DNA of 64,000 bases. It comes from Ophelia neglecta (lineage: Eukaryota). The translations under genes were made by a program, and so were the position numbers. Positions 51,436 to 64,000 of the stretch are shown piece by piece. Positions within the stretch are counted from its first letter, which is position 1; every line of letters begins with the position of its first letter. Under the pieces are notes generated by a model, which was given only the letters and a program-made list of their open reading frames with translations, did not search any database and was not told the origin of the DNA. The stretch is taken from assembly GCA_965285935.1 (NCBI GenBank), contig OZ260663.1, forward strand, positions 46,128,001 through 46,192,000. The letters are read 5' to 3'.

Positions 51436-53479
51436 ACGGTGCAAGCTCACAACGGCATCGTGCAAACATGAAAATATCGCAATTAAAATTAAAACTATTC
51501 TGATGAAAATTTTAGGTATAAATTATTATGTCGAAAGATAAGAAAAAAAAATCATGTAGGCCTATGGTTCCATTTTCAAATGGAGAAATGGTAAGTTACC
51601 TGCAACTGAAGACCTATGCTACTAGCATTTAAGGATGAGCTAAATATGGGAGAGAAACGTCTTTCCAATGTGTCAACTTTCCATTCAATCAGCTTATCAT
51701 TCACTTCCACCGAAGTGGTGAAGTAAACACAACATGGAAGATGTTGCACAGAAACGCCAAAGCTTTTCAATCTCAAACTGCATGATGAATACAGGCATGA
51801 ACATTCTCTCCACGGATAGAATTCCTTATACATTCCGAAGACATACACCCCGATAATTTACGGGTTCCCCACCACTTTGCGCCCATTCTTTTTCCTGTTT
51901 TATCACCCACGCCCATTGTTGTAGAAGAGAAAGATAATCCATGCTGTGTCCTAGGTAACCTTCAATATTCCTCTACAACCCTTCGCTGAGAGAGGGGTGC
52001 ATTTAGCTTGATTGGATGGAGACTATCGGTAGAAATTGTAGCCCTCAGTGGCTTTAGATTTATGGAACACGTAGACGAATTCTTAAAAGGATAGAACTAA
52101 GTGTTGAATGAGGACTTGAGCTAGGACATGACATGATCCTTCCAATTGACTCGACAAATTGGAAGATTTTTTAACTGTGCCAATAAAAATGTTCAGAAGC
52201 AGGCCATAAATATAGAAAAATGCCGGAAAGACTCCAATTAGTTTGATCATAAAATTCTTAAAAAATGCTCTCCACCAGTAAGCTGTAATCTTACAGTTGC
52301 GTGGAATGTAGATACGTGCGGTAGACATAATACATGACAATAACACCAAAAAAGCTGGCGTACAGAATATAGAGCTAGCTAGCACTAAAGCAGGCAAATT
52401 GCTCCAAAATGCATTTGCCAACATAGCTCTTGCAACTAATCTAATTCCGCTGATGTATGGAGCTACTAATGAGGAGAGCCAGCAAAAGTTAACATATATC
52501 TAGATATACGCAATGTTATAGGCTGAACGGGAGACTATGCTATACAGCCAATAGATTATCGGGTGCTACTGGTATTAACCGCAAACAAAGAACGTCCTTC
52601 GCTGTTTGCTGGTAGGTTTGAGCTTCGCCCAAAATTCTGTGATTGTGCTACTGATCAAGCCGGCTCTGATAACAATTGCCCTCGGCGACCGAGGCCGACA
52701 GGGAGGCTCACACCGACTCATTGATTCCCTGCCAGGAGTGATTCGCGTCTCATTGCGTTGTTCCTGATTCTGATTGCCTTGTTTGTGCAAGGTGGTCTTG
52801 CTGCTGGTAGGGAGCGACTTGTGTTTGACATTTAGAGTAGCCGAAAGCTTTTATCGACGAACATAGCCACTGGCGAGACTATCTGGGCATCTCAGGACAA
52901 CAGTGGCTCCACATGGTGTCATCTTGTCAATGAATATAAACGAGGCGACCGAAAAAACAAAAGCCTTATAGATTTCTATTTGATCCTATCGCCTTTGCCT
53001 TCCGGAATGGAAAATTAACTTTAAGTCACAAGGGAAGCTTAAGATAACTGCATTTTTACAATATAAATGCCGTAATGACTTTGTCTAGCCAATATTGTAC
53101 AACTTTTTACAAGTACATGTACAGACAAGTCAATTTGAAATTTACCGCCATGAAATAAGAATCCTGAGAAATGGTTCAGTCTGATTTGCATGAGGAATAT
53201 AGATAGACAGATAGCTGGATGTAGGCAATTATATGTTTATTTATTAATAAAGTACCATGTGTATATACAATAATAGTAAAGTTCTAAGCCACACAATACG
53301 TTATTATGACAGAACAATGAAATGCGTTCAATTTCACATTATCGACAAACAGTTGGATATTTTATACAACAGTTTGATACTACAGATATACAACAGTGTT
53401 ATATACAACCTTAACTGATGGTAATGAGAGCCACCATTAGAAAAGGATTTCTATACGCCTAATTTATAGTTTCTCTCGC

Positions 53480-54200
53480 ACAAGCATAAGCACTCCACCT
53501 TTAACTTTTTGCTGCCTTGGTTCAAAACATATGCATTGTGGATAGGAAGACGAGTGTTGGCGAAGATTTCCGAAAATTTATATGACCCATCCAACCAATC
53601 GAGAGACGCGATACAAAATCTCAGTCATGCTGACGATATATCCGCACATATTTCTGATTATGATCCATCGCCGTCGACTAATATGTTCTGGTCATCATTA
53701 TTTCGGCTAAGTCAACCCTAGGATATATTAAGTAGCAAACTTCCAAAGATGTTAAGTTTGGAAAGAATGTCAACGGACTTTGCAAGACATCTTGTGAATT
53801 GCGGGATTTGTTGATCAGCCACTGGTAAATGGCGTGCTGGACGATCTTCGACAAATCACCGGCAATCATCGGAACCTTTCATCTTTGCTCCAATTGGTCA
53901 CTTTCTCAAATACGTCATAGGTCAATATAGCCGTCTGGTCCGGGGATAGAAGTCACCAGTTCCTCTGGTGGCCTCACGGTGATAACACAAACAATGGTCC
54001 ACCCGTGGAACTGCTCACTCAAAGTTGCCATCAGCTCTGTTCGTGAGTTATGCAAGATAATGAGAAAGGCAACATGCCTAAAGACACAAAAAGTCCAACA
54101 ACTTTCCAGGCAAAGAGAATGGAGGCAAGTAATAAGTAATGCAGTGCATAAACCTTTCACTCATCGAGATATTACTCTGGTGAAACGCTGAATTCTCTTT
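53480..54200 (+). mobile_element. Degenerate RTE-like LINE reverse transcriptase and C-terminus
   Basis: LPWFKTYALWIGRRVL...IQNLSHADDI (HADD at 53626-53637) resembles RTE SP.LFN.Y...I.R.AL...I.NLRYADD. IMRKATCLKTQKVQQLSRQREWRQVI (about 54058-54133) resembles the RTE C-terminal A.DR..WR..V motif. The spacing implies internal deletions. Confidence 0.6.
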
Positions 54201-57057
54201 CTAGAGGCGATTGACTTCAATCGCGTGACTAATTTTGGAAGTCATCTCGGCAAAATAATGAGGTGTGTGAAATATTCATGAACTTAATAGGTACTTATCG
54301 ACATCGAGAGGCACTGAAGTCTATTGTCAGGGCACATGTAGGCCATGTTGAGTATTATTTTATATACAGCGAAAACTTATTTCAATTCCAATATAGTGGT
54401 TTGTGTATAGTGACTAGAAACCTCTCTTGAAATACACCGCACTTCACTACGATGGAGGCAGTGTTCCAATATTTTGCCCAGTGTCGTATGAATTACTGGG
54501 AAATTTTTGCACACAAATCATTTAACGTAAGGGTGGAGGGGAGGGAAGGGGAGAAAGGGAGGGGAGGGAGGGATAGCTAAGACGAGTTTCGGTCTCGGTT
54601 TTGGTAGTGGTGGATCATATTCAGCAAAACCTGATCAAAGATTTTCCCTCGCCTCTCCGCAAATAATGCTATGATACCCGTTAGGCGTGATATAGAGGTA
54701 CAGTGCCATTCCAATTAATTGAGGCTAATCTAATTGAGCAATAAAAATGCATTAGGCCTATGTGTCTTGTATAAATAATATCACTAAATTATCCATGCAA
54801 TAATTTTGCTTCACCAAGCAAAAGCGTTGCGAGAAAAGGCCAGCGAACGTATGGTAATACTTTTTTACCTACTATTTTCAATCAACTAAAAGGAGAAACT
54901 TTGGGCCTAAGCGTTGAATTGCTTTCTGTTGCTGAAGATGATACGTATTTGTCAACGCAGGCACTAATGCGACCGGCATTATCCGGGAAGGTCACAAAAC
55001 AAGACCCAATTTGTCGCTGCGTGTGTCAGAGAGGCTTACCGACACACGGCTTGACGCCGAGACTGACACCGATCCACGCCCCGGGTGTGCCGGGAATCGG
55101 TGACGACCCTCCGAGCACAGCGGTCGGGCCAGGAACCAGAGGCCGCCCCAACACAAGCTGGTTGCCCATCGCCAGAGAGAGCATCGTGATTGGATTTCAG
55201 CATTTAACCATTAACGGCACCAATTGGATTACCAACTTTCATTAGGTGACAAGCTTTAAACGCGAAGAAGCGATGTCCATGGGAGCATCGGAATTCCTCA
55301 CGGCTCGCCGGCGACTCATGTCGGAGCTCCCAACCACTCACTTTATCCGACTGATCTTTACATTTAACCTTGTATACTAGCTAGCTGATACTCGTCCACT
55401 TACAACACGAAAACCACATCTAATATCGCTGAGGTAATAACATGTTTTCAACGGCGGACCAAAGTTACGCATGAAATGAAAAAGCCTAATGCTTCATGAG
55501 TTTTCATGAAACAAGAACTTAAAACGGGGTCCTCGATTCTAATCCCATTATTCCAAATCTACACTTGTGCTTCCAGTCCATTTTCTATCTACATTCTATG
55601 TTAAATGGAAAGAAGTCAGCGCGAAAGGCCATAAGCTTACTATTCTAACAGACTATCCAGGGTTATTTCCGGTTTGGATAGCGAGCTATTAAATACATTT
55701 TACAAGAGGGGTCTTAAAATAAAAAGGCTTTTACGACGCTATCACAATGAGAAATTAAATGTAGAACGGTGCTGACAAGATTGCTTGTGCCAAGGCCCTT
55801 GTTGGCATACAAAACAACAGCATGCACCTTTGAGTTAGTGAGCTTTTTATCCTTTTTCCCTTTTCCATCACTTTCCATTACTTGTCAAATACTATATATA
55901 GAGAGCGGTGAACACAGAATCCCCTGTAGTTACAGAACCGCCGTATGTAGAATTGGCTCTGTACATTAAGGAACAGCGCCCACAAGAGGATTGCTTGACT
56001 TTTGCCGTGTCAAATTCATTTAACTCGTTTGAGGGAGGGAAAGTGGCTGCCAACCACCCATGATCGTCTGCAAATGCTTTGCCTTTGAAGCTTGTGGGAG
56101 TGAATGAGAGCTCCTCGGGCAGGTCGAAAGGCTCTCTTTGAGCGGTTCTCCTTCCCGACCTGGCTATACATATTCCTAAAAGTCCATCGACAAATGAAAG
56201 AAGTAATAATATATTTATATGATTGTGTTGTGGATGATTAAATATTTGATTTTAATTTATCTAAAAATCTATTGGCTTATGTAGTGTAGGTTCATCTGTA
56301 TTTGCTTGCTTTCCACATGAGGCTAAGCACAAAATGGATCGGGGCAGCATTATCATACTACTTAATGTGCCCGAATTCAGTTATGCACAAAGGCCTGTGT
56401 TTATAAGGAGCTTTCGACCTCATGTGACTACTTCATGTGATTAACGGCCAATATTGATTTGGTTTGTAAGCCGACCATCTCCCGGGTTTAGGAGTGATTC
56501 AAGTTACAGAAGAACCTAGAAATTGGTTTTAGGTTGGGCTCTCTATTATTGGTGCGGGTGTCCATTAAGCTGCCGCCAGGGGGTGTGGTCGTCAGGGACA
56601 CCGGGGACACCTCGAACAGAAGACTTAATGCGAGTTTCAGGTCTTCGGATTTTCCATCATGTGGCTTTGATTTTCTGCGATCGAGCTTATAACCGTCATA
56701 TTTCTTCGATGTTTATAGCTGCATTGTCAACATCGGCTGGCGAGCTATGAAAATCGATTCAGGAAAAATTGGTATCCTCGTCTGAGATTATAAGGAAAGC
56801 GCTATGTTAAGATTGCTTGGCATAAAGTGAGGCACTGGTTCCTCTATGCAAGACGGGAAAGTCCTGATAAGATTGAGGGGGCCCTTGCGAGCCTAATCCT
56901 CGCACGAAATAGGGAAGATATTTAGTTTAATTCGCCGGATCACCATATGCAAAATTGCCACAAATGTTGTCAGAATGAATTACTCAGTTAGCATAATGAA
57001 GTGATGAATGAGGGCATTACGAAAAAAGGGTCAGTAGCGCCGAAAATGAATTGGCTG

Positions 57058-57071
57058 GTTGCTATGACAAC
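57058..57071. promoter_or_regulatory. RFX X-box GTTGCTATGACAAC next to an inverted CCAAT (ATTGG at 57050-57054)
   Basis: Near-palindromic match to GTNRCCATGGYAAC; function not shown. Confidence 0.4.
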
Positions 57072-58549
57072 CCTAATCCGATTGTGGCTCATCCGGTACG
57101 TATCATAGACACTCAACTGCTGGCTCGTACATAGACAAGGTGGTTTGAAAACTGGTTGCCTGGGCTAGCGTCAATCAGGCCTTGGATCCCATCTTCTCAC
57201 CTAATGGTGATTGCTCCGATCTGTCTGATTTCTGAGAAAGATAATTACCGACTTGCGATCTATCACACTCGGGGCGAGGCCAATGAAAAGACAGCCGCCA
57301 GAAAAACGTGAAAACGGCTTATCTAGGCCTTCGGTGAGGCGAGTCCGAGGAACAACCATCAACCGAACTATCATGAACCGCAGCTTCCCACGAGAATCTC
57401 GTAAAATCGCGCAATGCATCACGTGGTCGCTTTGTAGACGACCGGGGACACGTTTGTGATCTTTGAATGTTGCGTTTATTAGCTACGTGCCACTGTAAGC
57501 CTACAACGTTTCCTGTCTAAATTTCCATAAACTATTTACAATCCTAACAGTTGTACATTGTTCAGTTACAAACCGGCGTGTTCAGCAACAAAAGATGACA
57601 GGCGTGGCAATGATACGATTACGTTTGCTGTTATTTTTGGACGACAAAATCAATAGAGCTTTATCTGTGACAGTCCCGAGAGAAAATCAGCCTATTACAA
57701 CAGCAAGTTGGCCCATCACCCAATGACAACAAAGATAAATCGAATAGGCCACGGGAATGAAGTCTTGCTCGGCTGAACAATCAATGTGATGTCTATTGAT
57801 GTTATGGTTTGGAGACCAATGGGTTCAAGATGAGGGGGCAGTAGAGCTCGTTTAAAACAGCGATGATGAAAGAATTTTTTTTAGACTAGGACGATAGAAG
57901 TTTTTTAATGTAAATAAAGCATGATTTTGCGCTGCAAAGGTGGTTAATTTCAATGTAGCGTGAACTGTGATAAAAATTCTACTGTAGCCTTTGTTCGCCA
58001 ACGGCAGTCAATGACAGCCGCTTCGACCATTGCCACACGCCCCACTTTTTCGGTAATTTTCACATCGCTGTGGTATAATCTTGTGGCATCATCCACTGAA
58101 TTGCACGGTGAGTTTAGCAGGAGCAGGAACGCTCTATGTCAACTTAAAAGTGTGTAAAATGGAATAGTTCGGCACTCTTGTAATGAAATTTATTGCCTAA
58201 ATGTCATTGTATTAAGAAAAATGTAGGCATATACTAATATGATACGAAACATCCGGAAAAATGTGAAGTTAAGCGAAACTACACGTAGCTATTTAGGCTC
58301 GTTTAAGAAATAATTATTATGGGCATATTAAATAATAATATTCAGAAACTTTTTGCAGCATCATATTTTTTTCTCAAAATTAGGAAACACACTTTTTACA
58401 CACGTTGGCCATTGCACTATAATGGGTATTGGCAAACTTTAAAATAAAATTAGGTCGATTTTTTTCTTTCCAGGAGTTGGTAAACATGTACGCCATAATA
58501 TGGCTGATGGTATGGTCATGACTATATGGGTGTTCCACCGGGCTTCATC

Positions 58550-59090
58550 CTTAGACCGATGTTTGTCGTTAAATATTAATGATCTACGCGTTTTTCTGTT
58601 AAAGGTGCTAGGTGAAGTTGTCAATATCGAGCCCATATTTATCACACTGACACACGGAATAGGGCAGTTACCCTCTGATCCTTCTTTTTTTTCCATAAAA
58701 ATACTTCTGAGGCATTCTACTGTCTTGTTGAAATGTTCCAGCTTGGTTATCTTGGTTAAAACATGTTTATTGTGATTGACCGAATAGCGCCGAGCTTGTG
58801 ATCTTAAATTTGGCATTGGCTCCGAACTGGTAAAACCATAGGCAGGCAGATGAGTAGAATTATGCAGTTGAAGAGGCATTTAAAATTTGCAGTATAGTCA
58901 TACCAATTTGCCAAATCTGTTCACAGGCTTCAATTTGTCTAAGAGTGACAAGCAAGTATAGATTATATAGATAAACGTTGATAATGTGCACACCGATGCC
59001 CTGGTGATGTAGGGAACCGCTGGTTTGCTAATATTACAAACAGGCCGATTGCGTAGGAATGATACAGGGAGCGGCTGGTAGACTAGTATT
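58550..59090 (-). mobile_element. Very old LINE RT remnant, possibly Rex1/Babar-like
   Basis: SFLRNRP...TLSTFIYIIYT resembles SFL..R.Q...GVPQG.VLSP.LF.IYT; a broken K..DDTA-like segment follows, and GSILT further downstream. Heavily decayed. Confidence 0.35.
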
Positions 59091-61009
59091 AACAATCGTG
59101 TATGGTCATCAGTCTTTTTAATATTAGCTAGGAGGTTGTATAGAGGTGTAGTCGGTATTTCCCAACGATGCGTCCATCCCCCCCCCCCCCCCCCCCCCGC
59201 TAAGAGACCTTGTCTATACTATACGCTAATTAATGGGCAATAACTCATAAACCATAGATCTCGAGGAGTCGTATTTATGAACTCGTGATTTGATGACAAT
59301 AACGATCATTGTGCGGTTGATATAAAGATGCATGCATTTATAACACCAGGCTAAATTTCCACTTAATACTAGCCTATTATAAAAAATCAGCTTGGAAGCC
59401 TGTTTCGTTTTCTTTTACACTACTAGGAGGTTTTGCTATAATTATACAGAAACATGCATATTTTTCTTCCTTTTTTTATCCGGATTTGACGACTACAATT
59501 TTCTGCCAAAAAGATCAGAACCAAAGAACATTGTAAGTTACATACATAACATGCACGCGTATCAGTCGTGCAGCCTTCATCCTATGGTTACATAAAAAAA
59601 GTACACAGTTTATTGTTCCTTAAATGTATTGCCTCTTAAACGCTATTGACCTGCAGCTATCTCTCATATACCATCTTAAAAATTGAAAATAAATATTTTA
59701 ATTCCATGATGTATGTTTGAAACCTGGTTTCTATTTTAATATGGTCCTATACATATATTTTACGCGCAGGTCACAGTTGGGCCAAGCAGTTAGCCAAAAT
59801 GTCAGGCGGAAGACACTTAAAGCAGTACGTTATATTTCGATTTATGGGGCCAATAGGTCAAACATAGTTGACATCAAAGAAATATGGTTGCTTTGTGGCA
59901 GTCATTTGATCTGGGCCGACAGTAATGACCACAGCTTCAGGCGTCCTATATTGCATAAAGTTTGCCATTGTCCAATAGTCTGATAACAAATCGTCTCCAT
60001 CTGCGTCATTGACACGCAGACGATCTCCTCATCCGGGGCAGGCATTTTCAATTTTCGTCATTCACCACGATTTAGTTATTGTTTCTACATTCATCATGCC
60101 GGGATGTAGAATTGGCCCCCTCCTATGCCCTATGGCCAGGCAATTTCAGATTGTCCAGAGATACCGTAACAATATTATTCAAAACAAAAATCAATTTGGG
60201 GCGTGGTTCCAAGGATTATTCTCACTTCACGCGTGGCCCTGAGCTTTGCGAGAAGTGGGACGTTAGTTCCATCAGTGTCGAGCAGTTTGTTCGGTAGAGA
60301 GCCTTCCTCCGCGCTCGATACGAATCTCCATCATCCATCAATGTCTTAGACTAGTTATCCCGGGAGAAGATGACCAATATAAATTTATGGCAGGCGCTGA
60401 TTCGGGATGGAAAGATTTATAGAGATTGCTGTGTGCACATATCCGAATTTCACTGCTTCTATCTGGGCATCTTCAAACACTAAACTCAGGTCTTGACTGA
60501 CTTCTAACCATCCTGGGAGGTGATGTATAAAAACCTGTGTAATAAACCTTCAAGCCTCCGTGGTGCTCCGTTTGGCACAGGGATTTCGTCCTTTATGACA
60601 GAATTAACAAAACAAGGAGCCGACTACTTCGCTAGTGGTTAAACACTGAAAGGGTTGAACCAGAGCAAGAGGTTTATGAGACAATCAAATACCAAAATTG
60701 CGAATATACATAAAATCTAACTGGTGACAGCCATTTTTTGGATTAGTCTGAAGAGTTTTGGTTCGATTTACTCTAACAATAACTGTTGTATTCCACAAAA
60801 TGATAATATTAAACATAAAATAATTGCACTCCCATAATTGCACTCCCATAATCTAGTTCAGGCTTATTAAAAAAAAGCATTTTAAATTTTACACCGTACA
60901 AATTTTTTTCCCATCATTGTTTTTATCTTTTATAATTTCACGTGTTTCTCAATGCTGATAGGCCTACATGTCGTTCGCGTGAAAATTTCATCCACTGCAG
61001 TAACATGGG

Positions 61010-61130
61010 TTTCTCCCGCGCACGATATTTGCGCAGACGAACGAAGACAGGAAGTTGACAAATAAAAAATGGCTGCCGGAGGAGGAGAATGGTCTTCTGA
61101 TCTCCTTTAAGGGCGCCCTCAGTAGCAGCG
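61010..61130 (+). promoter_or_regulatory. CpG-containing promoter- or enhancer-like island
   Basis: ETS CAGGAAGT (61048-61055), YY1-like AAAATGGCTGCC (61066-61077), and CTCF-like GGCGCCCTCAGTAG (about 61112-61125). Confidence 0.3.
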
Positions 61131-61770
61131 GATTACCGCTCTCGTCCTTTTACGACGACCTAAATGGGGCATACATCGCCATAACCAGCCACATTCACGT
61201 GATAGATCACTTTCTTTAGTCATGAAAAATTCATCTATCATCCTAATCAGAGCTGAGGCAGATTATCATCCATGTGACCCAGTAGCTATACGGGGTTATA
61301 ATCAATCGAATCATCCCTTTTAGTTTATATACTGTGTTCTCGCATCCTAGCTCGTGGCCATGTCCTTGGTTCAATAATGCTGCAACATTCTGGGCTGGAC
61401 GAACGCTTCGCAGTAATTATTTCTACTGGTTTGACTCCATGTTATTTAACCATTCTTCGCACGTTGAAGTCATTTTTATCTTTGTCCTTATGGTAAGACT
61501 GACCAGTTCAGATATCCAGCCTCACAAATAGCTCGCTTTCATGCTGATTGTTTGAATTGATTCTACCACGCACGGTCGATTGAAGAGCACAGACACAGCT
61601 TTAAATGGGAATTCTTTGATTTTTTCTCAATGATACCGCCCAGGACTTGATTGATATTGCTCATTAACCAGATGGATGAATGAAAAAATCAGTGAAGCTT
61701 GAGTAGGCAAATAAACTTGTACCGCCAATAAAGAGATAACTACTTTAAGTAGTATACGCAAGAGTAGAGC

Positions 61771-61803
61771 GTGTGTGTGTGTGTGTGTGGAGGGGGGGGG
61801 GGG
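61771..61803. repeat. (GT)n microsatellite followed by a poly-G run
   Basis: Read directly. Other poly-G/C runs at about 8826-8842 and 59178-59198. Confidence 0.9.
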
Positions 61804-64000
61804 CATCTTCGCGTGTTTTTCTTGTATAAAATAGGCAGTATGAAGCAAAAAGATATAATAAATGGTTCATATTTAGTTGTCATCTGGAGGTAGACAGAGT
61901 ACATGAAGACATTTGGTGGGGAATATTTTTTACAATGATTTCCAGAAAATAGTCCAATGCAATATTTTCTCTAAAAACTCTATTACTCTACAAAGATTAG
62001 CCAAAAAGAAACCAAAAGGCTGAATCATGTATCATTTGCCACATTTTTTTTTTCTAAGAAATTTGTTGCTTCCACTTTTTTCTAACGTCCTGGAAGAAGT
62101 AATTAGTTTTCAGGAAGAAACCCTTGCAACTTTCAAAACGTCCACGAAAGAGGTAGGGGTTTGACTCCCATGTTTCTATGTTTCTATATGACCTATCAGA
62201 GAAGATTTTCGATATCGTTCATTCTGTTCAAGTAAAGTATTTTAAATAAACCTATTATTAAATATACGATAAAACGATAAATACGTATTATGCATTTATT
62301 ATTTTCAATCGTTCACTATAATATTTAAATCGACCATTCAAATTTCTACATCAGAATCAGCCCGAATTGACAGAGATGTGTTGTATTTTTTGTATTCCAG
62401 AGAGATTCCATAGCCCATTTAGGACAATTATTCTATTATAAGTCAGTAGGCAATTGAGAATGCAAACTGCCATACTTATAAATGGTTTTATTGGTCGGAG
62501 CCCATATATCAACATATTTATAGAAATTTGTTAGGGGAATGAATAGCAATCAGAAAAAGTGCACTTGTAATGAAAGAGCCATGACCATAAAGCCTTCTGC
62601 CTACCTTAAAACAATTTATTTCAGCACAATTCATAGCTATCTTTTTGACCTCACCCTCCTGGATTTCACATTGAATATCTCCATAATCCCGGCCTCATGT
62701 GTAGGTTTGCGTTAGGCATCACTGAAAAGAAGAGGGCTATCAAAATATCCAATTTCTTTTTTTTCTGTCTGCAATTTCTCTACAAGCTCCAGCTCAGTGA
62801 CAGTTAAAAAGCCCTGACTACTTATCCCCTCCTTCAAATGACGAAGACATAAAAGAATAGATATGCAGAAAATCAACTTTACATGACTGACAAGTTGGGT
62901 TTATTTTCATCAATATGCTGAAAGCTGAATTCCCAATCTGATTCATGGAATCATCTGCGACCAGACTCAATAAAAAGAGCTTTGAGTAGTATGAGGTGAT
63001 AATTTAAGAAAATTTTTGGTATTATGTCAATATTGGGTTCTTTCAGTCAAAAAACTACTTCATTTACACCTGCTCCGTACGGGCAGCTGAAATGTTAGTA
63101 GCGTTTTGTGGAATAGAGACATTATATTTAAGTAGTATTAATAGGGTTTTGTCGTAGAAAGTGGTGTGGAGTTGTATTGTAGAGTATGTGGTTTAGATAT
63201 CCACCATTTTATCGTATACTGCCAGAAGTACTACTGACGTGATATTTCCTTTTCCGGAGCCTGGCTGTTATCTATCCTCATTCCGCCGGATGTTCGACAT
63301 TCCGTAGGCTATACTTCTTCTTAAAACGGCCTGAATCCACAATACAGCAAATGAATTTAGTTGTTATAATTTACGGTAAAAACCTACTTTGCGATTTAAT
63401 AATAAGGGACATCGTATATGGCCCAGGCTTCTCACACCATTGGTAATTTCTGTCCTACATGCTAGCTCAATTGCTCTTGAAGCCAATTCCCGGGACTTTT
63501 CAGTTACTTGCAAGGGGTCATACAGTTAATATGCAAGGGGACATATTAAAAAATCATCAGTCTAAAAAATCAACAATCTAAACGAAGTTAATTGGTCATA
63601 TGCAATCCATCAATACCCCTTTTTCTTGACTTGTACCTCACTGTTCAATTTTAAACACGTAATCGTTAGAAAGCAAAATTTTGTGATTTCTTAATAAACG
63701 AAAGAAAGGTGTTAGTCGGTGCCATATTTGGTTGGTAAGCCGCTGTCATCTTTGGCAAGGTATACATATGTAGGCCTAACACGATTTGGAACAAATGAAG
63801 CATTGTACAGGTTGTAGGCCTATACCTATATCTGTGTGTTGTCCCAGCATTAAGTTCTATAAGGATATGTCCCGCATTCGGCTGTAAAAATTGTAAGACA
63901 CAAGTGTGCTTTTTTGTAGAAATCATCAAAAGGAAATTGAAAAGAGCTTCTTGCTATATATTTCCGCCAGCATAGTAAAGATAACTTACCACTTTTAAAC

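Noticed and set aside
52303-52324. TGGAATGTAGATACG resembling miR-1
   Set aside because: Seed only; no complementary arm.
62400-63070. Possible further LINE remnant on the minus strand (EIQEGEVKKI-like)
   Set aside because: Too decayed; no catalytic motif to support a call. The same applies to similar hints at about 44.3-44.5 kb and 49.9-50.2 kb.
1-64000. CRISPR arrays, operons, tRNA or rRNA genes
   Set aside because: Eukaryotic non-coding DNA; I saw no repeat-spacer array, cloverleaf or rRNA-like sequence.

Overview
Animal genomic DNA, AT-rich by eye and probably from a non-vertebrate bilaterian. It reads as a gene desert: none of the listed ORFs resembles a recognisable cellular protein. 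The one gene I can identify with confidence is a microRNA, mir-124 (+ strand, hairpin 18731-18813, mature arm 18782-18803). It sits in a GC-richer, helix-rich island of about 3.5 kb that may be its primary transcript. The rest of the window holds four decayed LINE retrotransposon fossils (L2/CR1-like at about 37.2-39.1 kb and 47.7-48.6 kb, RTE-like at about 53.5-54.2 kb, and a weaker one at about 58.6-59.1 kb), small tandem and direct repeats, and many enhancer-like islands. It also has promoter-like or first-exon-like segments, mostly on the minus strand (about 51.3 kb, 40.6 kb and 2.2 kb). The main leads are: the structured RNA context around mir-124, possible antisense transcription across it, a perfect 20-bp GNRA hairpin, a candidate 21-codon smORF, and strong over-representation of TAGGCCTA that may be transposon excision footprints. 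Apart from mir-124, the better LINE fossils and the directly visible repeats and motifs, everything is hypothesis-level. I found no well-supported new multi-gene system.
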